Shown: positions 1-9,784, numbered from the stretch's first letter. The stretch: DNA of 64,000 nt from a bacterium (GCA_046331705.1 JAXLQJ010000039.1:1-64000), one strand, 5' to 3'. Notes: generated from the sequence alone by a model not told the origin. Translations and numbers: made by a program.

Positions 1-341
1 GCGCCGGCATACGCGACCTCCACGAACAGGATCGCCACCAGAAGCGGATGGGGCACGCCGTCGACGGCGAGGCTCACGACGCGCCCGAGCGCGAAGCCGC
101 CCATGAAGACCGCGAGCGCCGCCAGCGCCGTTCGAGCGTGCTCGGCGCGTCGGGCGCCGAGCTCGAAGAGCACCGCGAACGCAACGAAGAGGCCGCCGTA
201 AGCCGCGCGGATGATCGCGAGCTCGGTCACCGAGCGAAGGGTGACGCCGTAGACCGCGAGCACCGGCGACGGTACCGCGAGGTAGGCGAGGCCGATCGCG
301 CCGACCCCGACGGCCGCCGAACGCAGCACCGCCGTCCTCAT
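1..341 (-). CDS. DUF4345-like membrane protein (3' end runs off the window)
   Basis: Not in the ORF track. Manual translation from ATG 341 (ATGA overlap with the upstream stop) gives MRTAVLRSAAVGVGAIGLAYL...IRAAYGGLF...LGRVVSLAVDGVPHP, matching the RxxYGG and GRxxSxxxDGxP motifs of DUF4345. Confidence 0.75.
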   Translation of the reverse strand, partial: MRTAVLRSAAVGVGAIGLAYLAVPSPVLAVYGVTLRSVTELAIIRAAYGGLFVAFAVLFELGARRAEHARTALAALAVFMGGFALGRVVSLAVDGVPHPLLVAILFVEVAYAG

Positions 342-1261
342 CGCGCCTTCGCCGCGCCGTGGCACCACGGCGTCAGCAACCGCTCGGCGAAGCCGCCGGG
401 CCGAAGCACCGTCAGCCAGAGGATCGTCAGGCCGAGCGGCAATCCGAGGAAATAGCTGAGCACGTGCTTGGAGGTGTTGGCGGGAACCCGACCCAGGCCG
501 CGCGCCACGTGATCGCCCACGCCGAGCGTTGCGCCGACCAGGTTCGTCACCAGCGCGCAGAAGATCGCGGCGCCGAGCGCGATCACGAATACCCCGGCCA
601 GGTAGGACCGGAGCCATCGCCGCGCGTCGCGACGGAAATCCACGGACTGGCCCTCGGCGCGCAGCCCCGCGGCATGCCAGCGATACATCAGCACCGCGAA
701 CGGCGGCAGCAGATAGAGACCGTCCTCGTAGAGCGTGAACGCGACGCTGCTCACGAGAAAGCGCAGCGCGGCGCCGATCGTGCCCAGGATCGTCGCGCCG
801 GTTCCCACGCCTGCAGACCAGGCGGGCGAGCCCGGCAGCATGTCGCGGTCGTAGAAGAAGCGATCGAAGCCGAGACCGTCCCACCCGTACACCAAGATGA
901 AGAACATCCCGAAATAGCCCAGGAGCCAGTTCAGGTTGGCGAGGTAGTGCTTGCCGCGCGCCATCAGCTTGTGGCCCACCCAGAATCCCAGCAGCCCCTG
1001 AGTCACGTTGGTGATCCCGAACGCCAGCGTGAGGAACACCGGGATGGACGCGAGGTCCTCGGCCGCCTGCATCGTTTCCCAGCTCGGATGACGCAGGAGC
1101 AGCAGCATCCCCGTGGGCGCCCAGAACACCGCCAGAAACACCGCCGTCCAGAAACCGTGGCGGGTGTAGAAAGGCTTCGTCGTGGTCTTCAGCGTGCGAC
1201 CGGAAGCCACCGCCAAGCTGGCGCCGAAGCCGTACCCCCAGAACACATCGACCTGCACCAT
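338..1261 (-). CDS. conserved hypothetical multi-pass membrane protein (MVQVDVFW... family)
   Basis: 307-aa ORF with several hydrophobic helices, a WETMQ motif and coding-type codon usage; AGGAG just upstream. Confidence 0.8.
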   Translation of the reverse strand: MVQVDVFWGYGFGASLAVASGRTLKTTTKPFYTRHGFWTAVFLAVFWAPTGMLLLLRHPSWETMQAAEDLASIPVFLTLAFGITNVTQGLLGFWVGHKLMARGKHYLANLNWLLGYFGMFFILVYGWDGLGFDRFFYDRDMLPGSPAWSAGVGTGATILGTIGAALRFLVSSVAFTLYEDGLYLLPPFAVLMYRWHAAGLRAEGQSVDFRRDARRWLRSYLAGVFVIALGAAIFCALVTNLVGATLGVGDHVARGLGRVPANTSKHVLSYFLGLPLGLTILWLTVLRPGGFAERLLTPWCHGAAKAR

Positions 1262-1328
1262 CGAGCGTCTCCTTTCCGGTTCGCGTGGCCGCGTCGTCGT
1301 CGATGGGCGGCTTCGCGCGAGGATGTGC

Positions 1329-2327
1329 TCAGCGATGGCGGCGCGCGGCCGCCGTGCGGCGCGGGTTGCGGCGGTAGCTGGCCTTGCCCAGCGTTTCGAG
1401 CCCGAGCATGAGTCGCCCGACGGGATCGGCCAGCCGTGGGGGCGTGAACGACCAGTAGAAGTGCGACGGCTCGCTCACGCGGGGCTCGTGGATCGCGCCC
1501 GGCGTCACCTCGGCCACCGCCACTCCTTCCTCGGCGCCGAGCTGGGTGAGCACACGTCCTTCTCCGTCGCGGATCAGCGAACGGCCGTCGAACTCCCAGG
1601 AGACGCGCATCCAGGGCACGAGCGGCAGGGTCGTGGTCGAGTGGCTCGCGGTCTTGTTCACGAACACCACCGGCACACCGAGCGTGGTGGCGTAGTGCAG
1701 CGAGACCGTCGCCGTCTGCTCGCGCAGGCTCTCTTTGATCCACCGCCCCACGATCGGTAGCGGAGGTCGCGGTGACGGCGCCGAGTGCGGCATGACCAGC
1801 AGATCGGGGCGGTCGCGCGTCATCGCCCGCAGGAACCAGCAGGTCTGGTTGTCGTTGCAGATCCCGACGCCGATTCGTCCCAGCTCCGTCGAGACGATCT
1901 TCGAGGACTCGCGATCGGGCGTGAAGTACCAGCCCTCGAAGACCGGCAGCGACCCTTTGCGCACCCGCCCGGCGGGCTTCCCCGAGGGCGTCATGAGCGT
2001 GAACGTGTTGAAGAAGTCGCTGCCGTCGGTCTCCAGGTAGCCAGCACCCACGTGAATCCCGAGGCGCCTCGCCAGCTCGCGCAGCCAACTCTCGGTGGGG
2101 CCGTCCTGGCGCTCCGCTGCGTCCCAGATCGACTCCTCGAACACGTAGCCCGGGGCGAGGAACTCGGGGCACACGGCAAGCTGGGCGCCGCGCCGTGCGG
2201 CCTCCTCGACGTGCCGGGTCGCGTTGGCGAGGTTTGCCGCAGCAGCGCCGTTTCGGCTCTGCACCTGAACCGCTGCGACCTTCACGGTCGCTCGGCCCCG
2301 CCCCTTCGCCCGTGCTCTCGATCCCAC
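1329..2327 (-). CDS. carbon-nitrogen hydrolase (nitrilase/amidase superfamily)
   Basis: KVAAVQ start, CPEF (catalytic Glu), RKGSLP (Lys), GICND (Cys), FDGRSLI and GVAVAEV C-terminal strands. Confidence 0.9.
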   Translation of the reverse strand: MGSRARAKGRGRATVKVAAVQVQSRNGAAAANLANATRHVEEAARRGAQLAVCPEFLAPGYVFEESIWDAAERQDGPTESWLRELARRLGIHVGAGYLETDGSDFFNTFTLMTPSGKPAGRVRKGSLPVFEGWYFTPDRESSKIVSTELGRIGVGICNDNQTCWFLRAMTRDRPDLLVMPHSAPSPRPPLPIVGRWIKESLREQTATVSLHYATTLGVPVVFVNKTASHSTTTLPLVPWMRVSWEFDGRSLIRDGEGRVLTQLGAEEGVAVAEVTPGAIHEPRVSEPSHFYWSFTPPRLADPVGRLMLGLETLGKASYRRNPRRTAAARRHR

Positions 2328-2451
2328 GCCTCACCTCGTCTCGACGGCGCCATCGTTCAACCCGGCGCGGGCGAGGATTGAATCACGATCCGCCACGTGG
2401 TGCACCCAACGACGACGCATCGCCATCGGAAACGCTCCGCGAGCACCGAGC

Positions 2452-2981
2452 ATGCCCCTGACCTTGGGAGACGACATCGAGAGCATCGCGTCGCTCTTCA
2501 CGAGCCGCGCCCCGAGTTGGATCGCGTTCGACCTGATGAACGAGCCCCTGGATGCCAAGGTGACGAACGACCACGATGTCACGCGGGCAATCGGTTTCGA
2601 GTACGATCGATTCGGCCGCCTGCCCAGGAAGATCTGCCCGGCAAACGTCGATGGCACCGACGACGTCGCACGCCGCGAGTACGCCGCCAAACGCCGGCGC
2701 GTCGAGAAGCACGTTGAGACCATCGAGGCCACGGGATCGGCGACGCTCACGCTTCCGCCGCGGCGCAATACGAGGAGATGTCTCGGATGGAGCGCGAGCA
2801 TTCGAATGCGGACGACGAGATCCTCCCTTTGCACGCGAGGGTTCGGGTCTGGCATCCACGACCGCTCGCCATCAGCAAGGTCGAGAATCAGACCGTGCCG
2901 ATCGCCATGGATCGCGCCGCCCTCTCGCGCGGACTCGCGCGAACGTGTTCGTCCGACGATCGCGGCCCCGTCGACACGTAG
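2452..2981 (+). pseudogene. possible degraded or frameshifted gene remnant (YD-repeat-like FEYDRFGRL)
   Basis: Protein-like sequence in the 2452 frame until ~2755, then continues better in the 2778 frame; only one YD-like motif. Confidence 0.25.
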
Positions 2982-3081
2982 ACCCCTGCACGGGGCGAGC
3001 GGCGGGCGATCTGGCGACTGCCGCTAGGTCAGCCACGACACCAGTAGTGGGGAAGAGATGAAGGTCGATGGACGGTGGTGA

Positions 3082-4581
3082 ATGACCGAATTCCGTTTCT
3101 GGACGCTCTTGCGATGGATGCTGGCCGCAGGGCTCGTCGCCAGCTTGCAGGGCGATGCGATTGCTGCGTCGGCGAGCCCGAACACCTCATCGAGATCCAC
3201 GCTGAGCACCCTTGCTACAACCTCTTCTTGTGCTGCTCCCACGACGACCCCCTCCGGCGTGTGGCCCCAGAGACGGGCGGACGTGAAGCTGCGGGTGACG
3301 GACCAGGCTGACTGGCCCTACTCGCCATGGAATCCCCCGCTCGTTTCCCAGAGAGTTCGGGCGATCTTTCTTGCCGACGATGACGGAACACGCCGGGTGC
3401 AAGTCACCCCCGCGCAGGTGCTTCTCTGGGTCGCGGAAGCAAACCGGGTGTATCAGGCCTCGGGCATCCGTCTTCTCTTCGATGCAGCCGAGTCATCCGG
3501 GGACTGGGAGGAATTGAACAGTACGCTTCTCAACACGATGACCGGCACTGCGCATCCCGACTGGGCTCAGCAGATGTCGCTCGGGAACCAGATCGCGGCG
3601 CAGACTCCCGACGACATGGTGGTGTTCTTTCGATGGGGGCCCGATGCATTCCCGGCAGGGGGTGGGTTCTCCTGGACGGACTACAACTTCATCGTGATGC
3701 CCACCTTTGATACCGATGTCTGCGGACAACAGAACATCGGACTGCTGGCGCACGAGGTGGGTCACTATCTCGGTTTGCCTCATACATTTTCGCAGGTGTT
3801 TGGTTCCATCGGAGAAGCGGAATCGTTCTTCGTCTCTCACGGAGGCGATCCAGAGACGTTCAACGGGGACGGGAGAGATGAAACCGAGCCCGATCCGTTC
3901 GTCAGCACCTGGGACGTGCAGTGTGTGCTCGGTTCGATCACCTTGGATGGGGTCGTGTTCGACCTGCCACGCACCAACCTCATGTCCTACTACTATCCGA
4001 ACACGACGCTTGCGAAGTCTCAGACTTGGACTGCCCGTCAGGGGCTGTTGGTTCGGTTGAACGAACCCATGGCCAAGATCGTGGACGGGCAGGGCGGCGT
4101 CTTGGTGCAAGGAGAGAGCCGCGCCCCATCGGTGACGCAAGGCTCATGGGGCTTCCAGGCGATGGGATCCTTCTTGGGCCTCTGGAGCGAAGGCCACCAG
4201 TTGATCTGGCTGGACGGGGGAGTCGGATCCACGCTGACGACGAGCTTCGCGGTGCCTGCGCCCGGACGGTACGATGTCTACGGATCATTCACCGCAGCAC
4301 CGGACTTCGGCATCCACGTGCACTACATCAACGGACACGCGGCTGCTCCCGTCGATCTGTATTCGGCGATCGTTCTGGTCACGGGCCCCATCTACATGGG
4401 CACCTTCGAGCTAAGCGCGACCAACGAGTGGCGCGTCGAGATTGCCGGTAGCAACGGACGAGCGGACCCGCCGCGACACGGGTACGGTCTCGACTACATC
4501 CTCCTGGCACAGGCCGTTTCCGTCTTCTGCGACGACTTCGAGTCCGGCAATACATCGGCCTGGAGCGCGAAAGCGCCGTGA
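3082..4581 (+). CDS. secreted metzincin zinc metalloprotease (M43/pappalysin-like) with C-terminal beta-sandwich domain and F.DxFESG..SAWS tail
   Basis: Signal peptide; HEVGHYLGLPH (HExxHxxGxxH); NLMSYY Met-turn; beta-rich C-domain; ends VFCDDFESGNTSAWS; visibly lower GC than flanks. Confidence 0.88.
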   Translation: MTEFRFWTLLRWMLAAGLVASLQGDAIAASASPNTSSRSTLSTLATTSSCAAPTTTPSGVWPQRRADVKLRVTDQADWPYSPWNPPLVSQRVRAIFLADDDGTRRVQVTPAQVLLWVAEANRVYQASGIRLLFDAAESSGDWEELNSTLLNTMTGTAHPDWAQQMSLGNQIAAQTPDDMVVFFRWGPDAFPAGGGFSWTDYNFIVMPTFDTDVCGQQNIGLLAHEVGHYLGLPHTFSQVFGSIGEAESFFVSHGGDPETFNGDGRDETEPDPFVSTWDVQCVLGSITLDGVVFDLPRTNLMSYYYPNTTLAKSQTWTARQGLLVRLNEPMAKIVDGQGGVLVQGESRAPSVTQGSWGFQAMGSFLGLWSEGHQLIWLDGGVGSTLTTSFAVPAPGRYDVYGSFTAAPDFGIHVHYINGHAAAPVDLYSAIVLVTGPIYMGTFELSATNEWRVEIAGSNGRADPPRHGYGLDYILLAQAVSVFCDDFESGNTSAWSAKAP

Positions 4582-4726
4582 AGAGCGGCGCATCACCGGC
4601 GCGGCGATCTCGCCTTCGTAGGTCGAGCCACGGCTCGTACGAGCCGGCTCGAGCGTGTGCAGCGGAGCTCGGTCGACCGCTCGCCAGGTGACCGGGGTCC
4701 GCGCGCTGGAGCCGAATGGGCGGGGA

Positions 4727-5605
4727 TCACTCGACTTCGAGGTGCACGTGGTCGTCGTGTCGCGCGGCGCCACAGCCCTGAAACCGGATCTTGCTGGACG
4801 TGACGTCGAGTCGATCGCGGATGTGCGGCTCCAGCAAGATCGCTCGAATCCCAGGAAGCTCGACCACCGCCCGGACGAGCACGGCGGTTCGCTCGGCATC
4901 CAGGTCCCGCGAGCGCCACGAACGCTGGAGCCAGGGCAGATCCCAGCGAAGGTCGCGCCATCCTGCCGGGCATGCTGCCGTCCGCCCCGCAGGCATCCTC
5001 GCGTAGCCGAAGTATCCGATCGGCGAACCGCCCGGTGACGCTGGCGAACCGTCCGCGTGAAGGAAATAGAGCGCGAGGTCCAGCCGCCGCCCGTCACCGT
5101 GCGAGAGGTGCGGGAGCATGGGAAAGCCCGCACCCACCGGAAAGCCACCGTCGAGATAGTAGACGGCCGTTCCCGGACGAGCGCGCTCGACTTCTCGCGC
5201 GATGGCGACGGCGTCGTCCCGGAGCCGAGCGGCCACGAAGTTTCGGCCCGTCGCGCAGTAGAGCAACGACCTCGGCCGCAAGCTGCCGCGATCGAGACAC
5301 GGCAAGCGCACCCGGCCGCCGAGTCCCGCCAGCACTGGCGCCAACACGAACATCACCAGGCTGTAACTCGCAACAGCGGCCGCGACGAGCAGGTGCCAGC
5401 GTCCGTTGGAGCGAAGCAAGCGCGACGATCCCATGAGCGGCCACAGCGCGAATCCGCCGAGCTGCGTGAGCACCGTCAGTGTCGCGAACGCCATCAAGCC
5501 GGCGATCCGCGCGCTCCACGAGCGTGCCGCCAACGGACCGGCGAAGAGCGCCAACGCTGCGCGCGTCACCCGCCGAGTCCGTGGAGCTTCCGTCGGGGAG
5601 GTCAT
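4727..5605 (-). CDS. membrane-anchored LAS-type (MepA/M74-like) zinc peptidase, probable murein endopeptidase
   Basis: N-terminal TM helices; SHGDGRRLD (H-x6-D) and C-terminal RHDDHVH (HxH). Start at ATG 5605 assumed; ORF is open to 5716. Confidence 0.7.
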   Translation of the reverse strand: MTSPTEAPRTRRVTRAALALFAGPLAARSWSARIAGLMAFATLTVLTQLGGFALWPLMGSSRLLRSNGRWHLLVAAAVASYSLVMFVLAPVLAGLGGRVRLPCLDRGSLRPRSLLYCATGRNFVAARLRDDAVAIAREVERARPGTAVYYLDGGFPVGAGFPMLPHLSHGDGRRLDLALYFLHADGSPASPGGSPIGYFGYARMPAGRTAACPAGWRDLRWDLPWLQRSWRSRDLDAERTAVLVRAVVELPGIRAILLEPHIRDRLDVTSSKIRFQGCGAARHDDHVHLEVE

Positions 5606-5876
5606 CGCGAAGGCTGTGCCCTCGCGGGCTCGCTCGGCCTCGGCTGCTCCACCTCCACCATTGCGCGTGTGGAAACGATTCCCGTCCGCTGGTGGTGTCC
5701 CGGCTGGTGGTGTCATGGGAGTTTCAGGGATCGGCGCTGTCGTCCGTCGGAATGTCGGGATTCCAGTGCTTCGTCGAGCATCGCCCTCGGCCGGCCGCCC
5801 GTGACGCGGCGAGATCGGATCCGGCCTCGGTCGCTCGCTCGGCGTGCTCGGAGTCGGTGTACGTCGAATTCGACGC

Positions 5877-8072
5877 TCAGCGCGTCGTCGCGATCGGCAC
5901 GCGCACCTTCGCCGGCACGCTCTTGAACGCGGGCGTCTTCGACTTGGGGTCGAGGTGGCGCGGGACGAGGGCGTTCGCTTCGGGGTAGTACATCGCGAGG
6001 TTGCCGGGGCGGATGTCGGTGATGGCGGCTTCGACTTCCATTCGGCCAGTCTCGGTCTCGACGATGACGTTCTGGCCCTCTCGGATGCCGAGGCGGTCCG
6101 CGTCGGCTTGCGCGAGCATCACGACGTTCCGGTGCTTGTTGCCGCGGTAGAGGTCCTCTTCCTCGTAGACGACGGTATTGAACTGGCCCTCGGAGCGCAG
6201 GGTCATGAGGCGGAAGTCGCCGTCGCGGAAGGGAAGCTCGGGTAGCGGCGTGACGGCGAAGTGCGCGCGCCCGTCGGGCGTCGAGAATCTCGGTTCGTGG
6301 AAGGTTCGGCCGCGGATGACGAATTCCTTCTTGGTGCGGTCGATGTCGGCGATGGCGTCGAGCCCGGGAAGGACTTGCGCCATGGCTTCGCGCAGCGCCC
6401 GGTGACTGCGCAGCGCGGCCCAGTCGAATTTGCCGGCGGGCAGGATGCGCTCGGCGAGGGATGCGAGGATCTCGACCTCGGAGCGCATCTCGCCTTCGAC
6501 GGCCGGGGTGCCGCCTTCCGACAGGCGCACGTAGTTGAACATCGACTCCTGGGTGGTCGCTTGCGACTCCTCGTCGCGGGCGAGCGCGGGCAGCACGATC
6601 GACGTCTGCCCACGGCCGTGGATGTGGCCCTCGTTGAGCTTGGTGGTGATGGAGCAGGTGAGGGGGATGCGGCGCAGCGCCGCGCCGGCCCACGCGCGAT
6701 CGGGGTTGCTGGCGAAGAGGTTGCCGCCGAAGAGCAGTGCCGCGCTGATTCGTCCGGCCTCGGCGGCGACCATCGACGCGTAGGTGTCCTGGCCGGGCTC
6801 GCGCGGCACGGTGATGCCGTAGAGCTGCTCGAGCTTGGCGGCGAAGGCTTCCTTCACCGTGGGCGAGACGCCGCAGGTGCCCACTCCTTGCACGTTCGAG
6901 TGACCCCGGATGGGCACGAGCCCACTGCCGGGCCGACCGAGCCAGCCGCGCGCCAGCGCCAGGTTCGCCAGCGCCAGGATGTTGTCGACGCCGTGAACGT
7001 GATGGGTGAGGCCCATCGCCCACAGCATGAGCCCACGCTTGGCGCGCGCGAGCATCGCCACCGCGCGATCGATGTCGGCCCGCGCGAGGCCGCTCTCCGT
7101 GACCAGCGTGTCCCAGCTCGTGGCGCGCAGGTCGGCTTCGACGGCGTCCCATCCGGCGGTGCTCGAGGCGACGTATTCGCCGTCGACCCCGCCGGCCTCG
7201 ATCACGCCCTTGAGGAGCGCCTTGAAGACGGCGACGTCCGCGCCCACGTGCGGCATGAGGTAGAGATCGGAGATGGTCGACCCGACGAGCATCGACCACG
7301 GGTCGGAGGGCACGCGGAAGCGCATCAGCCCCAGCTCGCGGAGTGGATTCACGACGATCACGCGCCCGCCGCGGCGCCTGAGCTTCATGAGCTCGGTGAT
7401 CAGCCGCGGGTGGTTGCTCGCGGGGTTGGCGCCGGCGACCAGCGCCAGGTCGGCCTTCCCGAGATCGTCGAGCGTCACCGACGCGGTGCCCGAGCCCATC
7501 ACCTGGTGGAGCGCCACGCCCGACGCGGCGTGGCAGTAGTACGAGCAGTTGTGGATGTTCGGGGTACCGAAGGCACGCGCCACGAGCTGAAGCAGGAAGG
7601 CGGCTTCGTTGCTGGAGCGGCCCGACGCGTAGACGAACACTTCCTCGCGACGGGCAGCGCGAAACGCCGCGGCCGCGCGGTCGAGGGCCTCGTCCCAGGA
7701 GATGCGGCGGAAGTGGGTGTCGTGGGGCTCGGCGAGGATCGGGAAGCCGAGCCGCCCGAGACGTTCGCATTCGGCGGAGGTGAGCCGCGACATCGCGGCG
7801 ATCGAGGTCGAGCGGAAATAGCGCTCGTCGATCACGCCGGCCATGTCGCCGGCCTGCGCTTGGATGGACTTCTTGCAGACCGACGGGAAATGCCCGGTCT
7901 CGTTCACCATGCCGCCGGCCTGGCCGCCCATCCCGAGCGCGCACGTCTTGCACGCGTTGCGCGAGCGCAGGCGCTGGTAGAGCGGCAGCACGCCGCCGGC
8001 CTCGCGGCCTTTCTGGAAGATGTACGCGACGGCCTTGAGGCCGCCGCCGGAGCGAACGGAGGGTCGAGTCAT
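5877..8072 (-). CDS. FdhF/YdeP-family molybdopterin oxidoreductase
   Basis: YASGRSSNE, NCSYYCH, GANPASNHPR, WAMGLT, PIRGHSNVQG, TLRSEGQFNT, YYPEANALVP, SKTPAFKS. True start MTRPS at 8072; the upstream extension in the ORF track is out-of-frame read-through. Confidence 0.93.
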   Translation of the reverse strand: MTRPSVRSGGGLKAVAYIFQKGREAGGVLPLYQRLRSRNACKTCALGMGGQAGGMVNETGHFPSVCKKSIQAQAGDMAGVIDERYFRSTSIAAMSRLTSAECERLGRLGFPILAEPHDTHFRRISWDEALDRAAAAFRAARREEVFVYASGRSSNEAAFLLQLVARAFGTPNIHNCSYYCHAASGVALHQVMGSGTASVTLDDLGKADLALVAGANPASNHPRLITELMKLRRRGGRVIVVNPLRELGLMRFRVPSDPWSMLVGSTISDLYLMPHVGADVAVFKALLKGVIEAGGVDGEYVASSTAGWDAVEADLRATSWDTLVTESGLARADIDRAVAMLARAKRGLMLWAMGLTHHVHGVDNILALANLALARGWLGRPGSGLVPIRGHSNVQGVGTCGVSPTVKEAFAAKLEQLYGITVPREPGQDTYASMVAAEAGRISAALLFGGNLFASNPDRAWAGAALRRIPLTCSITTKLNEGHIHGRGQTSIVLPALARDEESQATTQESMFNYVRLSEGGTPAVEGEMRSEVEILASLAERILPAGKFDWAALRSHRALREAMAQVLPGLDAIADIDRTKKEFVIRGRTFHEPRFSTPDGRAHFAVTPLPELPFRDGDFRLMTLRSEGQFNTVVYEEEDLYRGNKHRNVVMLAQADADRLGIREGQNVIVETETGRMEVEAAITDIRPGNLAMYYPEANALVPRHLDPKSKTPAFKSVPAKVRVPIATTR

Positions 8073-9784
8073 GGCTGAGTCTCGTCGGGCCCATCGGCCC
8101 CGGGGACGTGCGTGGCGCGGATCGTATCCTCGTTCGGGCGCGAAGTCGGAGCGGACGGCTCGGCGCCCGCACGGCGCCGGAACGCGGCGAGCTGAGGGTT
8201 CGCTGGATCGAGATCGGGCGTGCAGATCGGTTCGAAGCGGGTCGTCAGCGCGGCCTCCAGCCACGCCATCGTGCCTCCGTCGTACGTCAGGCTCTCGCGG
8301 CTCAGCAGCACGAACGTCGTGCGCGGATCGTCCAGGGCTGCCGCGAGGCCCTGCGCACCGCGCGACTCGACGGTGCGAAACGGCGTCCACAGATCGTGGG
8401 ATGCGACGTCGACGCGCACCGAGCTCAAGGCGAGGACCGTCGCGGCATTCGCCTCCGGGTACGTCGCGAGGCAACGACTCGCCCGATCGTAGAGGACGCG
8501 TCGCTCGTCTTTCGGAACGTGGATCAGCGGTCCGAGGAGGCCGCCCGCGGCAGCGGCCACGAGCGGTGCGAAGGCGAGAAACGAATGGGTTCGGCGGTAT
8601 GGCAACGACCGCAGGATGCCGTCCTCGACGACCCAGGCCACGGCGACGAACGCGTAGCCTTCCAGAAAGCTCAGTGCCGTGCTGGTGAAGAGCAAGAAGC
8701 GTGGCTCGAGCCAGAAGGGCGCGACCAGAAACGCATAGACGAACGCGATCGCGGCCACCTGCAATCGTGCTTCGCGGCGGTCGCGGATGCACGCGACCAA
8801 GGCCAGCAACGCCACGGACGTGAGGATCTCCTCGTCGTGCGCGAGATTCGAGACCGCGCGCGCGACGAGCGCTGGGATCCTCGGGACGAACGACGCCAGC
8901 GAGGGCGTCGCCGCATCGGGAAAACGGGTCCAATCGCGTACGTCGGCGGCGCCGGAAAGGGCGAAGGCGAGGTTCTTCGCGTGCTCGCTCCAGAGTGGGT
9001 TGCTCGTCACCAGCGTGTTGGCCAGGAGCTGCGGCGCGGCACCGATCAGCGTGCCCAGCGCGAGCAGCGGCCAGTGGCGGAGTCGACCGCGACGATCGAG
9101 GAGCGACACGGCGGAGAGGCCCACGAGCACCAGCAGCGACTGGTGCCGAAACAGGAAACCGATCCCGATCGCCAGCCCGGCGAGCCACTGGCAGAGCGGC
9201 CGAGGCCGAAGAAAGAAGAAGACCGCCACGAGCTGCATCGTCGTCGCGGGCAGATCGGTGCCGCCGTTGGCGGCGTACGTCGCCACCCCGGGAACGATCG
9301 CGAGCGTGGCGAAGACGAAGGCGCGCGCCGACGTCAGCGGCCGCGTGATCTCGACGGCGGCCAAGCTCGCCAGCGTCGCGAATCCGACCGAGGCCACCTG
9401 GCTCACCGTGAGCACCGACGCGCGAAGTCGCGCTGCATTGCTCAGAATCGCGGCCCAGCCGAAGTTGTGGAACGGCGTCACCAGGGTGGTCGCATCGCGG
9501 ACGTCCATCCGCGCGGCCTGCGTGATCCACGAGTAGCCATCGCCGCCGATGACTCCGTAGGTCGATTTCGCGTACGCCCAGCCGATCGGAATCGTCAGCA
9601 GCACGAGCCAGGGACAAGCCATGGCCATGCGTTCCCAGAACGCGTCGGAGGCCGGATCCGCATGACGCGCCCAGGCGTCGCGCAACGAGCGAGCACCGGT
9701 GCGAAGGCTGCCGTGGCCGTGTCGACGAAGGCCCCACAGCGCGAGGACGACGATCGCGCTCCAGAATGGGAGTGTCGGACTCAC
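8069..9784 (-). CDS. polytopic membrane glycosyltransferase (GT-C / ArnT-PMT-like)
   Basis: About 11 TM segments, GGDGYSW loop after an early TM, TDLP motif, GFLFRH, EPRFLL, soluble C-terminal domain; GTG start inferred. Confidence 0.65.
   Translation of the reverse strand: MSPTLPFWSAIVVLALWGLRRHGHGSLRTGARSLRDAWARHADPASDAFWERMAMACPWLVLLTIPIGWAYAKSTYGVIGGDGYSWITQAARMDVRDATTLVTPFHNFGWAAILSNAARLRASVLTVSQVASVGFATLASLAAVEITRPLTSARAFVFATLAIVPGVATYAANGGTDLPATTMQLVAVFFFLRPRPLCQWLAGLAIGIGFLFRHQSLLVLVGLSAVSLLDRRGRLRHWPLLALGTLIGAAPQLLANTLVTSNPLWSEHAKNLAFALSGAADVRDWTRFPDAATPSLASFVPRIPALVARAVSNLAHDEEILTSVALLALVACIRDRREARLQVAAIAFVYAFLVAPFWLEPRFLLFTSTALSFLEGYAFVAVAWVVEDGILRSLPYRRTHSFLAFAPLVAAAAGGLLGPLIHVPKDERRVLYDRASRCLATYPEANAATVLALSSVRVDVASHDLWTPFRTVESRGAQGLAAALDDPRTTFVLLSRESLTYDGGTMAWLEAALTTRFEPICTPDLDPANPQLAAFRRRAGAEPSAPTSRPNEDTIRATHVPGADGPDETQP

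Noticed and set aside
3018-3030. GCTAGGT resembling the GCTAGGC junction at 43319, suggesting the M43 gene is also a cassette
   Set aside because: No attC-like structure after the protease gene; the match is too short to be significant
4620-4655. Palindrome CGGCTCGTACGAGCCG between convergent genes
   Set aside because: No U-tract and no second copy seen; cannot be called a terminator or REP with confidence
5877-9737. Apparent giant fusions in the ORF track (1286-aa YdeP, 932-aa ceramidase, 1094-aa and 1022-aa rSAM ORFs)
   Set aside because: The N-terminal extensions are out-of-frame read-through over neighbouring genes; true starts are internal
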